Positions 1 to 23,413 of a stretch of DNA of 64,000 bases are shown here, in pieces. The translations under genes were made by a program, and so were the position numbers. Below the pieces are notes generated by a model. It saw nothing but the letters and a program-made list of their open reading frames with translations, was not told the origin of the DNA and ran no database searches. The first letter of the stretch is position 1. The number at the start of each line of letters is the position of its first letter. Source of the DNA: the human T2T-CHM13v2.0 reference genome, Homo sapiens; assembly GCF_009914755.1 (NCBI RefSeq), contig NC_060927.1; one strand, given 5' to 3'.

Positions 1-526
1 ATCTATAATATACATATGTACATATAAACACACACACACACACACACACTTATGTACAGTTCTTATATCCTATATATAGTTCCTGTGTCCAGCCAAAGGT
101 GTTAGAATCAGTAGCTTTATTATTTAATAAACAACTAAATTTAATGTTCTTTTTCATTCACATGTTTTGTTTGTCTGTGAAGGGCATTTTTCTCTTCTGT
201 CAAGGTGCAGTGTGGGAACATTGGTGATTTGAAGAAATAATTAGGCTTTCTTTTTCTTAGCAATTCTGCTGTATCAGTAGGGAATGGAAACGACTATTAA
301 GAACATTCCCAAAGCATAAACTTTACAAACAGACAGAGTCAAATTTGAATCCCAGCTCTACTATTAGTTGGTGTACTAATGACATGTCAACAGGGGCTCA
401 TGTAAGTCAACCTTGGATACAAGTAGATTGTAAATTGTAGAAGTTGGTTAGTGATTAACTGGGAAAGAGGAAAAGAATAGTGGCTGGAAGAGCAAAAGGA
501 AAGTAGCTAGATTGTAATACTTTATT

Positions 527-832
527 TCTTTTTCTTTTCTTTTCTTTTTTTTTTTTGAGTTGGAGTCTCGCTCTGTTGCCCAGGCTGGAGTGCAGCGGCC
601 AGATCTCTGCTCACTGCAAGCTCCGCCTCCCGGGTTCACACTTCTCCTGCCTCAGCCTCCCGAGTAGCTGGGACTACAGGTGCCTGCCACCACACTCGGC
701 TAATTTTTTGTATTTTTAGTAGAGATGGGGTTTCACCGTGTTAGCCAGGATGGTCTCGATCTCCTGACCTCGTGATCCACCTACCTCGGCCTCAAAGTGC
801 TGGGATTACAGGCATGAGCCACTGCGCCTGGC
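527..832 (-). mobile_element. AluY-like
   Basis: Full dimer with caagctccgcctcccgggttcac; TSD taatactttatttctt. Confidence 0.9.
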
Positions 833-976
833 CTATAATACTTTATTTCTTGATTTTGGTGGTTGTTGCACCAGTATGTTAACTGTGATTATTCATCAGG
901 CTGTATAACCTATGCACAGTATCTTTCCGGGTGTACTATTTATGTATGTATTATTTAATAAAATGTTTATAAGAGT

Positions 977-3326
<2,350 letters not shown>

Positions 3327-3649
3327 TCATCTTGGTTTCACAGACTTGCAGAGTGGCAAATCACTAGACGGCAAACGTCGCACTGCCTTAGAAATGGAGT
3401 TGGTATTGGTGAATTCAACAAGAGGACCAGAAGGAGGAGGAAGAGGGAAGATTTTAATGCTGTGCAGTGGTGCTCAGGTCTAGGTCAAGAACAATGAGTC
3501 TCATATGATTGTCTCTTGACTTTGACTATCACGGTAGGACTTTACTGACAAGCCGGGTAATAACAGGGAAATCCTATTCCTTTTGCCTTCAAAATTTATT
3601 TTGTCTTTATTTCACTTGACCTGGTTCATTTCCTCTATAGTTTCTTATT

Positions 3650-3890
3650 TCAGCAATATTTATTGAACACTATCATGATTAATCAGGCACACCAGGTGCT
3701 GGTGACAGGAACAGTGAACAAAACGGACAAAAATTCTTGTAATCATGGAGCATGTATTCTAGTATGGAGATAAAAAATAAGCGAAATAAGCTAACTCATA
3801 CAGTATGCTGCAAGCTGTAAGCTGTTGTATGTTGTGGAGAAAATAAAGCAGGGAAAAAGGAGTCAGAGAATGGTGGAGGGGGTTGCAGTC
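3650..3890 (-). mobile_element. L2 3' fragment
   Basis: tttcagcaatatttattgaacac...caggcacaccaggtgctggtgacag.aacagtgaacaaaacggacaaaaattcttg...atggagc..tattctagt. Confidence 0.7.
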
Positions 3891-4831
3891 AGACTACCTG
3901 CTTAGCTGAGTCCTGCACAAGGATATTTGGGCAGAGATAAGTATGAGCTGACATCCAGCCATCTTCTGGTGAGAAGATGCCTTTTTCTGAGTAATGACAG
4001 GGCTCCAGAAGCCTCAGGTAGTGACCAAAATGTTAATCTCTGCCTTTAAATGGGACACTCTTCAAAATGTCCTTCTGGCAATATTGAGTTCTTAAGCTTT
4101 TGAATGCGTTGGATATAAGCTTTTGCCAAGGTTTTAAAATTTTATGCTATAACTTTAAACCTTTTTGTAGATGAGAAAATCACATATTATTGAATTAAAA
4201 TCTTATTCAAGTCTAACAACATTCCATCGGTTGTATTTACTTTGTCTATATAGCCTGCTAGACTCTTACAGCAGAGTAGCAAATGGGTTGATGAGATTCT
4301 CTTCAGAGAATCAGAGTCAGGCTGAGCATTCTTCCATACGTGGCACTGTTGGTGTTTTTGGACTGATTATGTGAAGAGCAAACCCAGCATCTTCTTGGGA
4401 CTCCAAGGAAAGTTGCATATTCTATAATTTATAGGGCCATTGCAATTTTTCTAATTAAAAACGAATATAACTTCTGCCCTTTTCAACCACAGCACATATG
4501 TTCTGTCTCCCATTGTTCCCTAGTAAGAGATAATGGCCTGGCAGTGTAGACTAATTTCTTGAGTATTTTAATTTGGAAGCCAATTAGCCCTCCCTATCTA
4601 AAGCACATTTTGACATTTTCTTCCCAAGACAACCCAGTCTTGACTTTCTGCCCCTCTCTTGGTACAGACAGTGCATGTTACATGTATTAAATTACAATTA
4701 TTTTAATAAAAAATTAAGATTAAAATTTGAAAACATAGTCTACTTAGAGATACCAAGTTGTGGAGTGTGCTATGTAAAATGAGGACAAAATTTTCACTGA
4801 ACATCTTCTTTCCCTTGATATCACTGATCAA

Positions 4832-5468
4832 TTTTTTTTTTTTTTTGAGACAGAGTCTCACTTTGTCATCCAAGCTGGAGTTTAGTGGCACAATCTCAGC
4901 TCACTGCAACCTTCACTTTCTGGGTTCAAGCAATCCTCCTGCCTCAGCCTCCCAAGTAGCTGGGATTATAAGTGTGTGTCACCACGCCTGGCTATTTGTT
5001 TTGTATTTTTTATTTATTTTATTTTATGTATTTATTTATTTTTTATTATTTTTTGAGACAGAGTTTCACTCTTGTCACCCAGGCTGGAGTGCAATGGCAC
5101 GATCTTGGCTCACTATAATCTCCACCTCCTGGGTTCAAACAATTCTCCTGCCTTAGCCTCCTGAGTAGCTGGGACTACAGGTGTGCGCCACTGTGCCCAG
5201 CCAATTTTTTTGTATTTTTAGTAGAGACGGGGTTCTGCCACTTTAGCCAGGCTGGTCTTGAACTCCTGACCTCAGGTGATCTGCCCGCCTTGGCCTCCCA
5301 AAGTGCTGTGATTATAGGCATGAATCACCGTGCCTAGCCTGTATTTTTGGTAGAGATGGGGTTTAACCATGTTGGCCAGGCTGGTCTCAAACTCCTGACC
5401 TCAAGTGACCTGCCCCCCTCTGCCTCCCAAAGTGTTGGGATTACAGGCGTGAGCCACCGCGCCTGGCC
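4832..5468 (-). mobile_element. Alu inserted into the middle A-rich linker of another Alu
   Basis: Outer right arm 4832-4995, complete inner Alu ~5010-5339, outer left arm resumes at 5340-5468. Confidence 0.85.
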
Positions 5469-6156
5469 AATATTTGATTCCTACCTTTTATTTCCCTTGT
5501 AATTTCTGTTTTGCTTTGATCAACTGATTTTGTCCTATAAGTTTCCGTACTCTCTTTTAGTGAGGATGAGACTACGGGGTTAGCCTCAGAATTATAGAAA
5601 AACTCAATTTAGAATTGTTAAAGGAGAAGATAGAAAAGGACACTAGCTTGTATGGATGAAGAGGGTTAGTCATTCTAACCATTCTGGAGTGGATGACAGT
5701 TAAATGTTAATCAGAATTGAGTCTCAGTGTCTTTTTTCTATTTGTGCTATTTCTCTCTTCCCTTGTTTCTCTTCACCATCTTGTTGAGCATTCCCCATGG
5801 CTTTTCTTGGGTAAAAGCCAGACAACCAGGTACTGCAAGAGCACCGAACCCCTCCCTTGATTCTACCCTTCATTTTGCCTCTAGATTTCACTCCCCTATA
5901 TCTATCTCCATTACATTTTCTTTGTATCTACTAACTAAGGGATACAGATCTTCTTCCAATACAGAGTGTGATTGCAGCACAATTACAATTGAAACAAAAA
6001 GGAGAAGCTGACTTTGCTGAAAATATGAAAATTCATTCTGAATTCCTTTAAACTGTAGCACATATGCTTATATTAGTGGCAATACGAATTTGTAAGAAAA
6101 GGAAGAGAAAAAAGATCTGCCTTCCTTCCCTGCAAAATGGCATCACACATGACGAT

Positions 6157-7195
6157 CAGAGACTGAATGTACAAATGAAAAATGGTTGGACCATATAAAA
6201 AAAAAATAGAACTCTGAATTATGCTGCAACCTGCTTAGGAAACTAACTTCTTTATCTACAATAAGTAGTTCAGGACGCCAGCCTGCTATAAGTTGCGGGG
6301 ACCCACTTGAAACACGAGAGTTGATACGAAGATTATTTTAAACTGAAGATATCTGAGATTCAACAGATGCAGGGAATAGCATCCTTGGAGCTTGTCTTAT
6401 CTGACTAACAGCAGCAACTTCTGAAAAATGAGGCTACATAAATCCCCTCTCCTGGGGAGTTTCATGGCCATGAAGAAGATGGAAAGACCACCCACACTTG
6501 CATAAACAAACATTATAGCAAATTTTCTTAACTCCTGTTTGTTCTTCTAAAAACTCATTTGTTTTTCCTAAAGAAACCTATTTGTTCTATGAGAGCCATT
6601 TCTGCCCTCTCCCCTTTCTCTACTAAATTAGGTATATGAACCTCTAACTTCAGTGAGCAAACTACTTCTTTGTTGTATGTGAAGAAAACTTTTTTTCCTT
6701 TTTAATCTTTCTTTCGTCAATATAGGCCCCAGGTACTGAAGATAAGAATATAGAGAAGTTTTTCTTCTGACAGACTTGCTGGAAGCCAGGTGGCTATCGC
6801 TGGTAACAATCCAGGAAGCTAACGGATAACTTCTGTAACAACTGGACCCACACGGCCAGGACTTGATTAATGACTGACATCTACCCTAATTTTTGTGCCT
6901 ACATCCAATTTAAGACCAAACAGAGAAAACGAAACACGCACCCCTAACCGATCATGCAGAATGCCCCTACTTCTGTTTAGCCCGCCTACAGCTTCCCCAT
7001 GGCAATAGCCTCCAATCAGGATACACCTGAACCCTTCCCTCCCCACCCACTGCCCTGCTATAAAGCTTTCTCATTTCTCTGCCTTTGAATCACTGCCAAA
7101 ACACAGCGACAGTAGCTAACTCCCTTGTTGTATAGCAGGCTGTGAAAAAATAGCACTTGCATTTCTCATTTGATTGGTCGTCATTTATTTCTATA
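6157..7195 (+). mobile_element. Old LTR (MER77-like) split by a second LTR
   Basis: agagactgaatgtacaaatg...gaccatata...atagaactctga start. The sequence resumes at 6771 (cagacttgctggaagccag...ccaatcagg...ctataaagctt) and ends tcatttatttctata. Confidence 0.65.
6294..6772 (+). mobile_element. LTR (ERV1, MER34/MER39-group-like) nested in the MER77-like LTR
   Basis: ~480 bp TG...CA segment interrupting ctataagt|cagacttg of the host LTR; gattattttaaactgaag motif; no clear TSD. Confidence 0.5.
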
Positions 7196-7569
7196 ACCAT
7201 GTGTTTCATTCATGCAATTCAGAAGTTTCTTTGGAATAACTTGCAGAGTAAACTAAAAAATATTTATTTGCTATGATACTTTATATATATTTTCTGCTTA
7301 TTTAAGTTCCCTATTGAGGTTTTGAAATTCTCCCTGATGCTGGTAGTATAAAAATCTTATTTGAAGCAAATCAATTAATCCTGAAGATGACTGAAAGATC
7401 AATATGAGATAGCTGCAGATAAACCAACTATTCTCTAAGCTCTAGGACACCTTCAAACAGCACATTCTGCCTTTTAATACAAGTATTTACACACTGATTT
7501 CAGTTGTAAAGAAATGAGAAACTTCAAGTATAAAAAGCTTGGGACTATGAAAACCAAGCGTTTTGTCTA

Positions 7570-12687
<5,118 letters not shown>

Positions 12688-13666
12688 TAGCCCCATGATC
12701 TTACTTAGGCTTCCCAAGTCTTGGTTTCCAAAAATCCCCACCTCATAAATATGCTGTGAGAATTAAATAAGATGATCCCCATCAAGAGCCTAGTGTAGTG
12801 CTGATGCTTAACCCCTTTTAGTTTCTTCCCTTCCCCTGAATACTGAGATATTTATTTTTTGGATACAGTTATTTAAGGGTTTTTTTTTTTTTGCTTTATT
12901 ATTTTAACATTGCTATAATGCTAGAAGAGAAAAAAAAATCACATGTTTTCTTACACAGGGGAAACTCCAGCCATCTCAAATTTAGGAGTAAATTTAATGA
13001 TGCACAGGTCTAAAACATTTCTCTATAGCCAAGTTTCTAATCCTTGTCTTGTACCAAAGGAGTCTAAGAGATTCAAGCATAATATTCAGCTATTTTAATA
13101 GGATTTCTAAGACTGTGAATTGGCTTATAATACAGGAAGCTCCTTCTTTTCATGCTAGGGTTGAAAGTCAACATTTTTTTCTTGAGGATTATAGGATTAC
13201 CTTTTATACCGTATTTCATAAATTGTTATAAGAACTAGGGAACTCAATAAATGTTAAATAATGATATCAAATGTGAGTTTTCTTTTTTCTTTTAACACAA
13301 ATGTATTAAATTGTCAATCTTCAAGTTTCTCTATCCAAGCCATTTATTCCAACTTAGTCTAGCAAAACAAACAAACAAACAAAAAAGTGAAAAATTCGCA
13401 AAATCCTTTATTTGCAAGTGGTCAAGTAAAACCAAATTGACACAGGTATCCCTCTAAACTAACTTGTGACATTTTCTCTGCACGTGACCCAGCCTGAGCA
13501 GGACTCTAGTTTCTATCAGTTTTCTTCTATTAACCTCTGATAGCAGCCTCCACACTAGTTTAAAGATCTCTTGCCCCAAATCAAATCTTTCCATGCTATG
13601 GAGCAGTAAAAGATTCTGTGTGACACAGAACTTTGCAGGGAAACCAGAAGAAAAGTGACATTTATT

Positions 13667-14430
<764 letters not shown>

Positions 14431-14436
14431 TACTTA

Positions 14437-15110
<674 letters not shown>

Positions 15111-15192
15111 TTTTTTTTTTTTAAAAGAAGGCTGGGCACGGTGGCTCACGCCTGTAATCCCAGCACTTTGGGAGGCCGAGGGGGGCAGATCA

Positions 15193-15405
<213 letters not shown>

Positions 15406-15464
15406 CTAAAAAAAAAAAAAAAAGAAAAAAAAAAAGAAAAAGAAGAGAAATGAGAACATAGCTA

Positions 15465-15878
<414 letters not shown>

Positions 15879-16659
15879 CTAGGCTGGCGCAGGTTGTAGT
15901 GGGCAAGTGGAAACATTGGGTTTCATAAGGAGCTACTAAGAATGCAGTTTTCAGACTTTCCAATCATGTTTTGTGCTATTCTCCTCCTGTTCTTCTCTTT
16001 GCCTGAGTCCATTCTGTCTTTCATTGATAGAAGCCCCCATTTTTATCTATTCAGTAAAGTGTTTCCTTTTTATCCCAGCTCATGAATTCATAGAGATCTC
16101 TCTTTCCTCTGAATTCATTGCTCTTGTAATCTGTTCCATTAAATTGATTATTAGTCATTTTTTTCTATGCACAGCTGTCTTTTCCATTAAATTGTAAGCC
16201 CCTTGATAGTAGAAATCATGCCCTGCCTATGGTAAGTACCCAGTAAAGCTCTCTGACTCTGTCTCTGCCACTTTCACTGTATATGATTTCCTTCCTTATA
16301 ATCCCCTAAGGAGAAAAGCCTATTATTATTCTCCAGGTAAAGGTCCTTCATGTGTTAAAAAGTACTGTTAGACTGCTGGTTGGTCTCATCTTTTTCATTC
16401 TTTATTTTAATTCTCTGTTTTCATCTCTACTTTTTAAATTCTGTTTTTGGTTTCTTTTCTTTGGCACCTCTCCAGATACATGTCTTTTTCTTTTCTTTCT
16501 CCTTCTTAAATGTTCCTCCTTTGTTCCTTTATTCCTCTGTGAGTTTAACTGGGGAATCAAAGATCTGTGCAGAAAATGGGAACCCAGAACAGACTGAAGA
16601 GTAGCTGCTTTCTACCAGAGTGAGGACAAAGTGTGGGGGCGCTGACCAGATCGTGGAGG

Positions 16660-16774
16660 GGTGTGTGTGTATGTGTGTGTACGTGTATATATATGTGTAT
16701 GTGTATGTGTGTGTATATGTGTGTGTGTGTGTATGTATGTGTGTATGTGTGTGTGTGTGTATGTGTGTATGTGT
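16660..16774. repeat. Imperfect (TG/TA)n microsatellite
   Basis: Directly visible. Confidence 0.95.
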
Positions 16775-16901
16775 GGACATTCCAGGCAAAGGGAAGAATA
16801 TGTGAAAAGGTACAGAGATAAAACCATGACATTTTGTCTCATACATAATTAGATATTTATTCTCTTGCCCTCAAATATTTGTTAAATGAATAAATCAATG
16901 A

Positions 16902-17430
<529 letters not shown>

Positions 17431-17675
17431 TAGTAGAGACGGGGTTTCACCGTGTTAGCCAGGATGGTCTGGATTTCCTGACCTCGTGATCCACCCGCCT
17501 CGGCCTCCCAAAGTGTTGGGATTACAGGCGTGAGCCACCACGCCCAGCCACCAATCAATTCTTTTCTATCAGTGATGGCTAACCACTAGTTTCTTTCTAT
17601 GTAAACACAGGCACAGGCTCATCTTTTATTTATTTATTTATTTATTTTTCAAGAAAGCTTTAGGGGATTTGGGAT

Positions 17676-18157
17676 TGAGGGAAGAGAGAGACGCTCTCAT
17701 ATTGTTTTATATTGTTTTATACTCAGTACCTGTTTTAAGAAAAAACAACAAGGAAGTAAAACCAAAGACAGGCAGCCCGGCGTCAGGCCCGAAACCAGGC
17801 CTGGGCCTGCCTGGCCTAAACCCAGTAGTTAAAAATCAACTCATAACTTAGAAACCGATGTTATTCATAGATTCCAGACATTGTATAGAAGAACGCTGTG
17901 AAACTCCCTGCCCTGTTCTGTTTCTCTCTGACCACCGGTGCATGCAGCCCCTGTCACGTACCACCTGCTTGCTCAAATCAATCACGACCCTTTCATGTGA
18001 AATCTTTAGTGTTGTGAGCCCTTAAAAGGGACAGAAATTGTGCATTCGGGGAGCTCGGATTTTAAGGCAGTAGCTTGCCGATGCACCCAGCTGAATAAAG
18101 CCCTTCCTTCTACTACTCGGTGTCTGAGAGGTTTTGTCTGCGGCTCTTCCTGCTACA
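17676..18157 (+). mobile_element. ERV1 solo LTR, LTR15-like (HERV15/RRHERV-I)
   Basis: TG...CA termini (tgagggaagagagagac ... cctgctaca), 482 bp, exact 4-bp TSD ggat (17672-17675/18158-18161), TATA-like ttaaaa at ~18022 and AATAAA at ~18094. Matches the recalled LTR15 consensus. Confidence 0.88.
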
Positions 18158-18559
18158 GGATAGCCCTTACTTTTTTTTTTTTGAGACAAGGTCTTGCTTT
18201 GTCACCCAGGCTGGTGTGCAGTGGTGATCCTAGCTCACTGCAATTTCTGCCTCCCTGGTTCAAGCGATTCTCGTGCCTCAGTCTCCTGAGTAGCTGGGAT
18301 TACAGGCGCACACTACCATGCTTGGCTAATTTTTGTATTTTTAGTACAAATGGGATTTCGCCATGTTGGCCAGGCTGGCCTCGAACTCCTGGCCTCAAGT
18401 GATCTGCCTGCCTCGGCCTCCCAAAATGCTGGGATTACAGGCTTGAGCCACTGTGTGCGGCCCAGGTTCATCTTTAGAATATGATTTTAGTTATAATCTG
18501 TTCACTACCCTAAATTCCCAAGCAGTAATAGTTAATATTAAGTAAACAAGTATGTGAGA

Positions 18560-18880
18560 CAATAGAGCAGAGTGATAAAAAGTTTATACTCAGGATCCAT
18601 ATGCCAGTTCAAATCTCAACTCTGCCACTTGGCAGCTGGGTAACTTTTGGACAGATCGCTTATCCTCTCACCTGTTTCCTTCCTTGTAAAATGGAATTAA
18701 TAATCATATATATTTCAGCAGGTGTTTACAAAGGTTCAATGATATAAAGTCTTTTAGTAATCCTAATCTTAAATCTAAATCTAAATTTAAATCAATATAA
18801 ATCTTAATCTTATCTTCATTTTTAAAAAGATGAGTTAACTGAGGTTTAGAGAAGTTAAATAGGTTCCCCACAGCTATCCA
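18560..18880. mobile_element. MIR fragments flanking a degenerate (TAAATC)n tract
   Basis: gttcaaatctcaactctgccacttggcagctgggtaact...cctgtttcct..tgtaaaatgg; gatgagttaactgaggtttagagaagttaa. Confidence 0.65.
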
Positions 18881-18959
18881 GCTAGTAAACAGTTAGGGTT
18901 TGGTTCATCTTTACTACATAGTCTGTCCACTGTGCTGGCAGGAAAGACCCAGACAATAA

Positions 18960-19139
<180 letters not shown>

Positions 19140-19466
19140 TGACTAATTTTGTGTATTTAGTAGAGACGGTGTTTCGCCATGTTAGTCAGGCTCGTCTCGA
19201 ACTCACGACCTCAGGTGATCAGCCCGCCTCGACCTCCCAAAGTGCTGGGATTACAGGTATGCGCCACCACGCCCAGCCTAAAGGCCTCTTTTTAACATAA
19301 AAAAGCAAAGCTGGAACTGAGGACACATAGCTGGTGGAAGTAAGGTGGTGTTCTTGAGGAAATGACTGTGGGGAGCAAATCTGAGGAGAGAGAAAGTTAA
19401 TGGAGAAGTAAATAGAATGCCTGAAGGTTGGTGTTCACACAAGCTAAAGAAAAGAGGCAATTGTCA

Positions 19467-19894
<428 letters not shown>

Positions 19895-20108
19895 CTAAAG
19901 ACAATATTCCCATTAGAAAATCAAAATTATTTTCAGACTCTCCTTGCCGAGTTACGACTTGGACACTGCATGAGGAAACAGAGCAGGATGGATGGCCTTG
20001 TTTCCAAGCCCCGTTTCCAATCTTCATTTCCAAGGATTTATTGCCATCATTTTTCTTGCAAATGAATAAATTATTTAATTATGCTGTCTAAGAATGGCAG
20101 AGCTATAA

Positions 20109-20549
<441 letters not shown>

Positions 20550-20693
20550 TGACCTCAAGTGATCTGGCTGCTTCGGCCTCCCAACGTGCTGGGATTACAG
20601 GCGTGAGCCACCGCGCCCGGCCTCTATTTCCATATTCTTAACCCTTCATTCATCATAATCCTGAAGGAGGAAGTCTAGAAAGAAAAAAAAAAT

Positions 20694-20890
20694 CGGAGGT
20701 AAGGTTTTGGGGGCGCGGGCTGCAGCTGTCGCTGGGCGCGTGGTGTGAGCGGTCTGAGCCTCCGGCTTACTTGCTCAGGGCTTTCTTCCCGCGTGTGCTT
20801 GGCGCTGCTCACAAACGCGCTCTCCTCTAGCACCGCCTGCTGGGCCGACCACGAGGCGCCTGGGCTCCGTGTAGCGGAAAATGCCGTGTG
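20694..20890. promoter_or_regulatory. Small CpG-island-like segment (RLIG1 retrocopy 5'UTR/first codons)
   Basis: 20 CpGs counted in ~200 bp of GC-rich sequence; regulatory function is only inferred. Confidence 0.45.
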
Positions 20891-21534
20891 TTTCTAGGGA
20901 GGTGAAAAAGGAGCCCTCCACCGAAAGGCAGAATCAGCCATTTAAAGTTTTGGCAACGAAAACTGTAAGTCATGAGGCATTAGATGCAGGTATCTACAGT
21001 GCAATTCCAACAGAAAAAGTGGATGGAACATGTTGTTACGTTGCTACTTACAGAGATACCTTTCGGTTTGATTAGATAGAAAACCTAACAAACAACCTGT
21101 TAAAAGGTTTTAAAATTTTCTACATTCAAAAGAAAACTTCAAAGAATTTTCTTGGAATGTTGAGGAGTACTTCAAAGCTACTCCAGAGTGTTGGCTAGCA
21201 GCAAAGGAAACAGAAAAATTAAATAGGAATCTGGTCCATGACGAAACATGGACACATTCCTGGTGGGGCACCAGTAGAGAAAAATAACAAATAGCATTAC
21301 TGGCATTCCTCTGTGGTTAATTATGAATTTGCAATTGATCTGGTACTAAAACATCATCCTGAGGATCCTAGGCTTTTGGAAATTAGTGCCGTGCCATTAT
21401 CAGATTTCTTGGAACAAACATTGCAGCTTATAGGAACAAATATCAATGGAAACCCATATGGGTTAGGAAGGAAGAAGCATCCACAATATGTTATACTACA
21501 CGGACCATTTCAAATAAGAAACCTGCCTACATTG

Positions 21535-21820
21535 GGCCGAGCGTGGTGGCTCATGCCAGTAATCCCAGCACTTTGGGAGGCTGAGGTCGGCGGATCACCT
21601 GAGGTCAGGAGTTCGAGACCAGCCCGGCCAATGTGGTGAAACCCCTTCTCTACTAAAAATACAAAAATTAGCTGAGCGTGGTGGCAGGCGCCTGTAATCC
21701 CAGCTACTCAGGAGGCTGAGCCAGGAGAATCGCTTGAGCCCAGGAGGCAGAGGCTGCAGAGAGCAGAGTCGCACCACTGCACCACAGCCTGGGTGACAGA
21801 GCGAGACACCGACTCAAAAA
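21535..21820 (+). mobile_element. AluS inserted in the RLIG1 retrocopy CDS
   Basis: 19-bp TSD aagaaacctgcctacattg (21516-21534) / aagaaacctgcctatgttg (21821-21839). Confidence 0.92.
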
Positions 21821-22140
21821 AAGAAACCTGCCTATGTTGAAGCACAATGATCTGTTGTCCTGGTTTGAAAGCTGCAGAGTAGGTAAAGTGAAAGGAATAG
21901 TATGGGATTGCAGTGATGGCTGTTTAATTAAGGTCCATTACCATCGTCTATCCTCTTTGTTTACACTGGCCAATTGCAGATGTTTACATGAATTCAGAAC
22001 CAGTAATTACCAATATGAAACTTAACAAATATGACTATGCTTTTGATACTGTTTAACAATTTTTTTAATCAGAAATTTAGTAGGCTTAAAGATGTAATAC
22101 TTGACATATAAAATGCAAGTGCAATTAAAATTAGTTTTAT

Positions 22141-22436
22141 TTATTTATTTTTTGGAGACAGGGTCACCCACGCTGGAGTGTAGTGGTGTAATCACAGCTC
22201 ACTGCAACCTCGACTTCCCAGGCTTAAATGATCCTCTCACCTCAGCCTCTTGAGTAGCTGGGACTATAGGATCATGCCACCATGCCTGGCTAATGTTTTT
22301 AATTTTTAAATTTTTTTGTAGAGACAGGGTCTCAGTGTGTTGCCTAGTCTGGTCTTGAACTCCTGGACTCAAGTGATCCTCCTGCTTTGGCCTCCCAAAG
22401 TGATGGGATTACAGGGGCGAGCCACCTCACCTGGCC
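22141..22436 (-). mobile_element. AluJ-like element inserted in the RLIG1 retrocopy 3'UTR
   Basis: J-type right arm (cacagctcactgcaacctcgacttcccaggct..atgatcctctcacctcagcc); TSD aattagttttatt on both sides. Confidence 0.85.
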
Positions 22437-22561
22437 AGAATTAGTTTTATTATTAAAAAAAAAAAAAGAGAAGACAATCTGCAAAACAGAAAAAAGAATA
22501 CGTCTGTTAAAAACTACAAAAGATGGCTGGGTGCGGTGAATCGTTTGAGTTCAGGAGTTTA

Positions 22562-22756
<195 letters not shown>

Positions 22757-23371
22757 TCATCCCAAAAAAAATTACAAAAGACTGGGAGAAAGCAGAAACA
22801 AGTATTGGGAAGACTGTGCTATGTGTAGAACACTCCTGTTCCATTAATAAAGGAATGTGACCTTTGATAGATTGAGTATAGGGAACATATAATGGAAGCA
22901 TTAAAGGGGTGGATCTTCCTTACTTTTTGCCTCCACTCTACACTTTTAGGTCAGACGTTCCCCGAAAGGGGTATTATCAGGCCTAGAGTAGAGACAGATG
23001 AGAGGTGGTTGAAATTACTCTATTGTTATTGTATAACATAATTAATATAAGCAGTGACTCTATGGGATCCTTTAAAGCTTTTATTTTCTGGGTAAACATT
23101 TGTACCTGGGCCAGTGCTGGAATTAGTGACTGCTTCCCACTCTTTCTGCTTTTCTTCTCTTGATCACCAGTGGCAGGAGGGTGAGGCTAGGTAGGAAGGA
23201 AAGCTTGATGTCTGGATGTGCCCAGGGAGGATTTGGGTTGTAGCTGGTCCTCTAATTCCACCTAGAGGTAAGAACTGGATGTGGTCAGGGAGAATCCTCT
23301 TGCTACTTCTCTCTTGCTACAAGCTGGCAGGCTCCAGTTTTACTAAGGAACACAAAAGAGTCCAGAATAGG

Positions 23372-23372
<1 letters not shown>

Positions 23373-23411
<39 letters not shown>
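23373..23411. repeat. (CA)n microsatellite
   Basis: Directly visible. Confidence 0.95.

Positions 23412-23413
<2 letters not shown>

Larger units (their letters stand above)
20694..22467 (+). pseudogene. RLIG1: Processed pseudogene of RLIG1/C12orf29 (RNA 5'-phosphate/3'-OH ligase 1); symbol given is the parent gene
   Basis: ORF fragments [54 protein letters not shown] (20881-), [56 protein letters not shown] (21313-), [28 protein letters not shown] (21834-) and the terminal LKDVILDI* (stop 22109-22111) match the recalled C12orf29 protein collinearly with no introns. The start is mutated to ACG (20851), there are TAG stops at 20872 and 21292, frameshifts, and an Alu in the CDS. GC-rich 5'UTR; A-tract at 22455-22467. 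Confidence 0.92.

Noticed and set aside
16529-16852. Several overlapping HT/CV-repeat ORFs
   Set aside because: Artefact of the (TG/CA)n microsatellite.
20675-22480. TSD for the RLIG1 retrocopy (aaagaaaaaaaaaaatc / aaagagaagacaatc)
   Set aside because: Too A-rich and divergent to assert.
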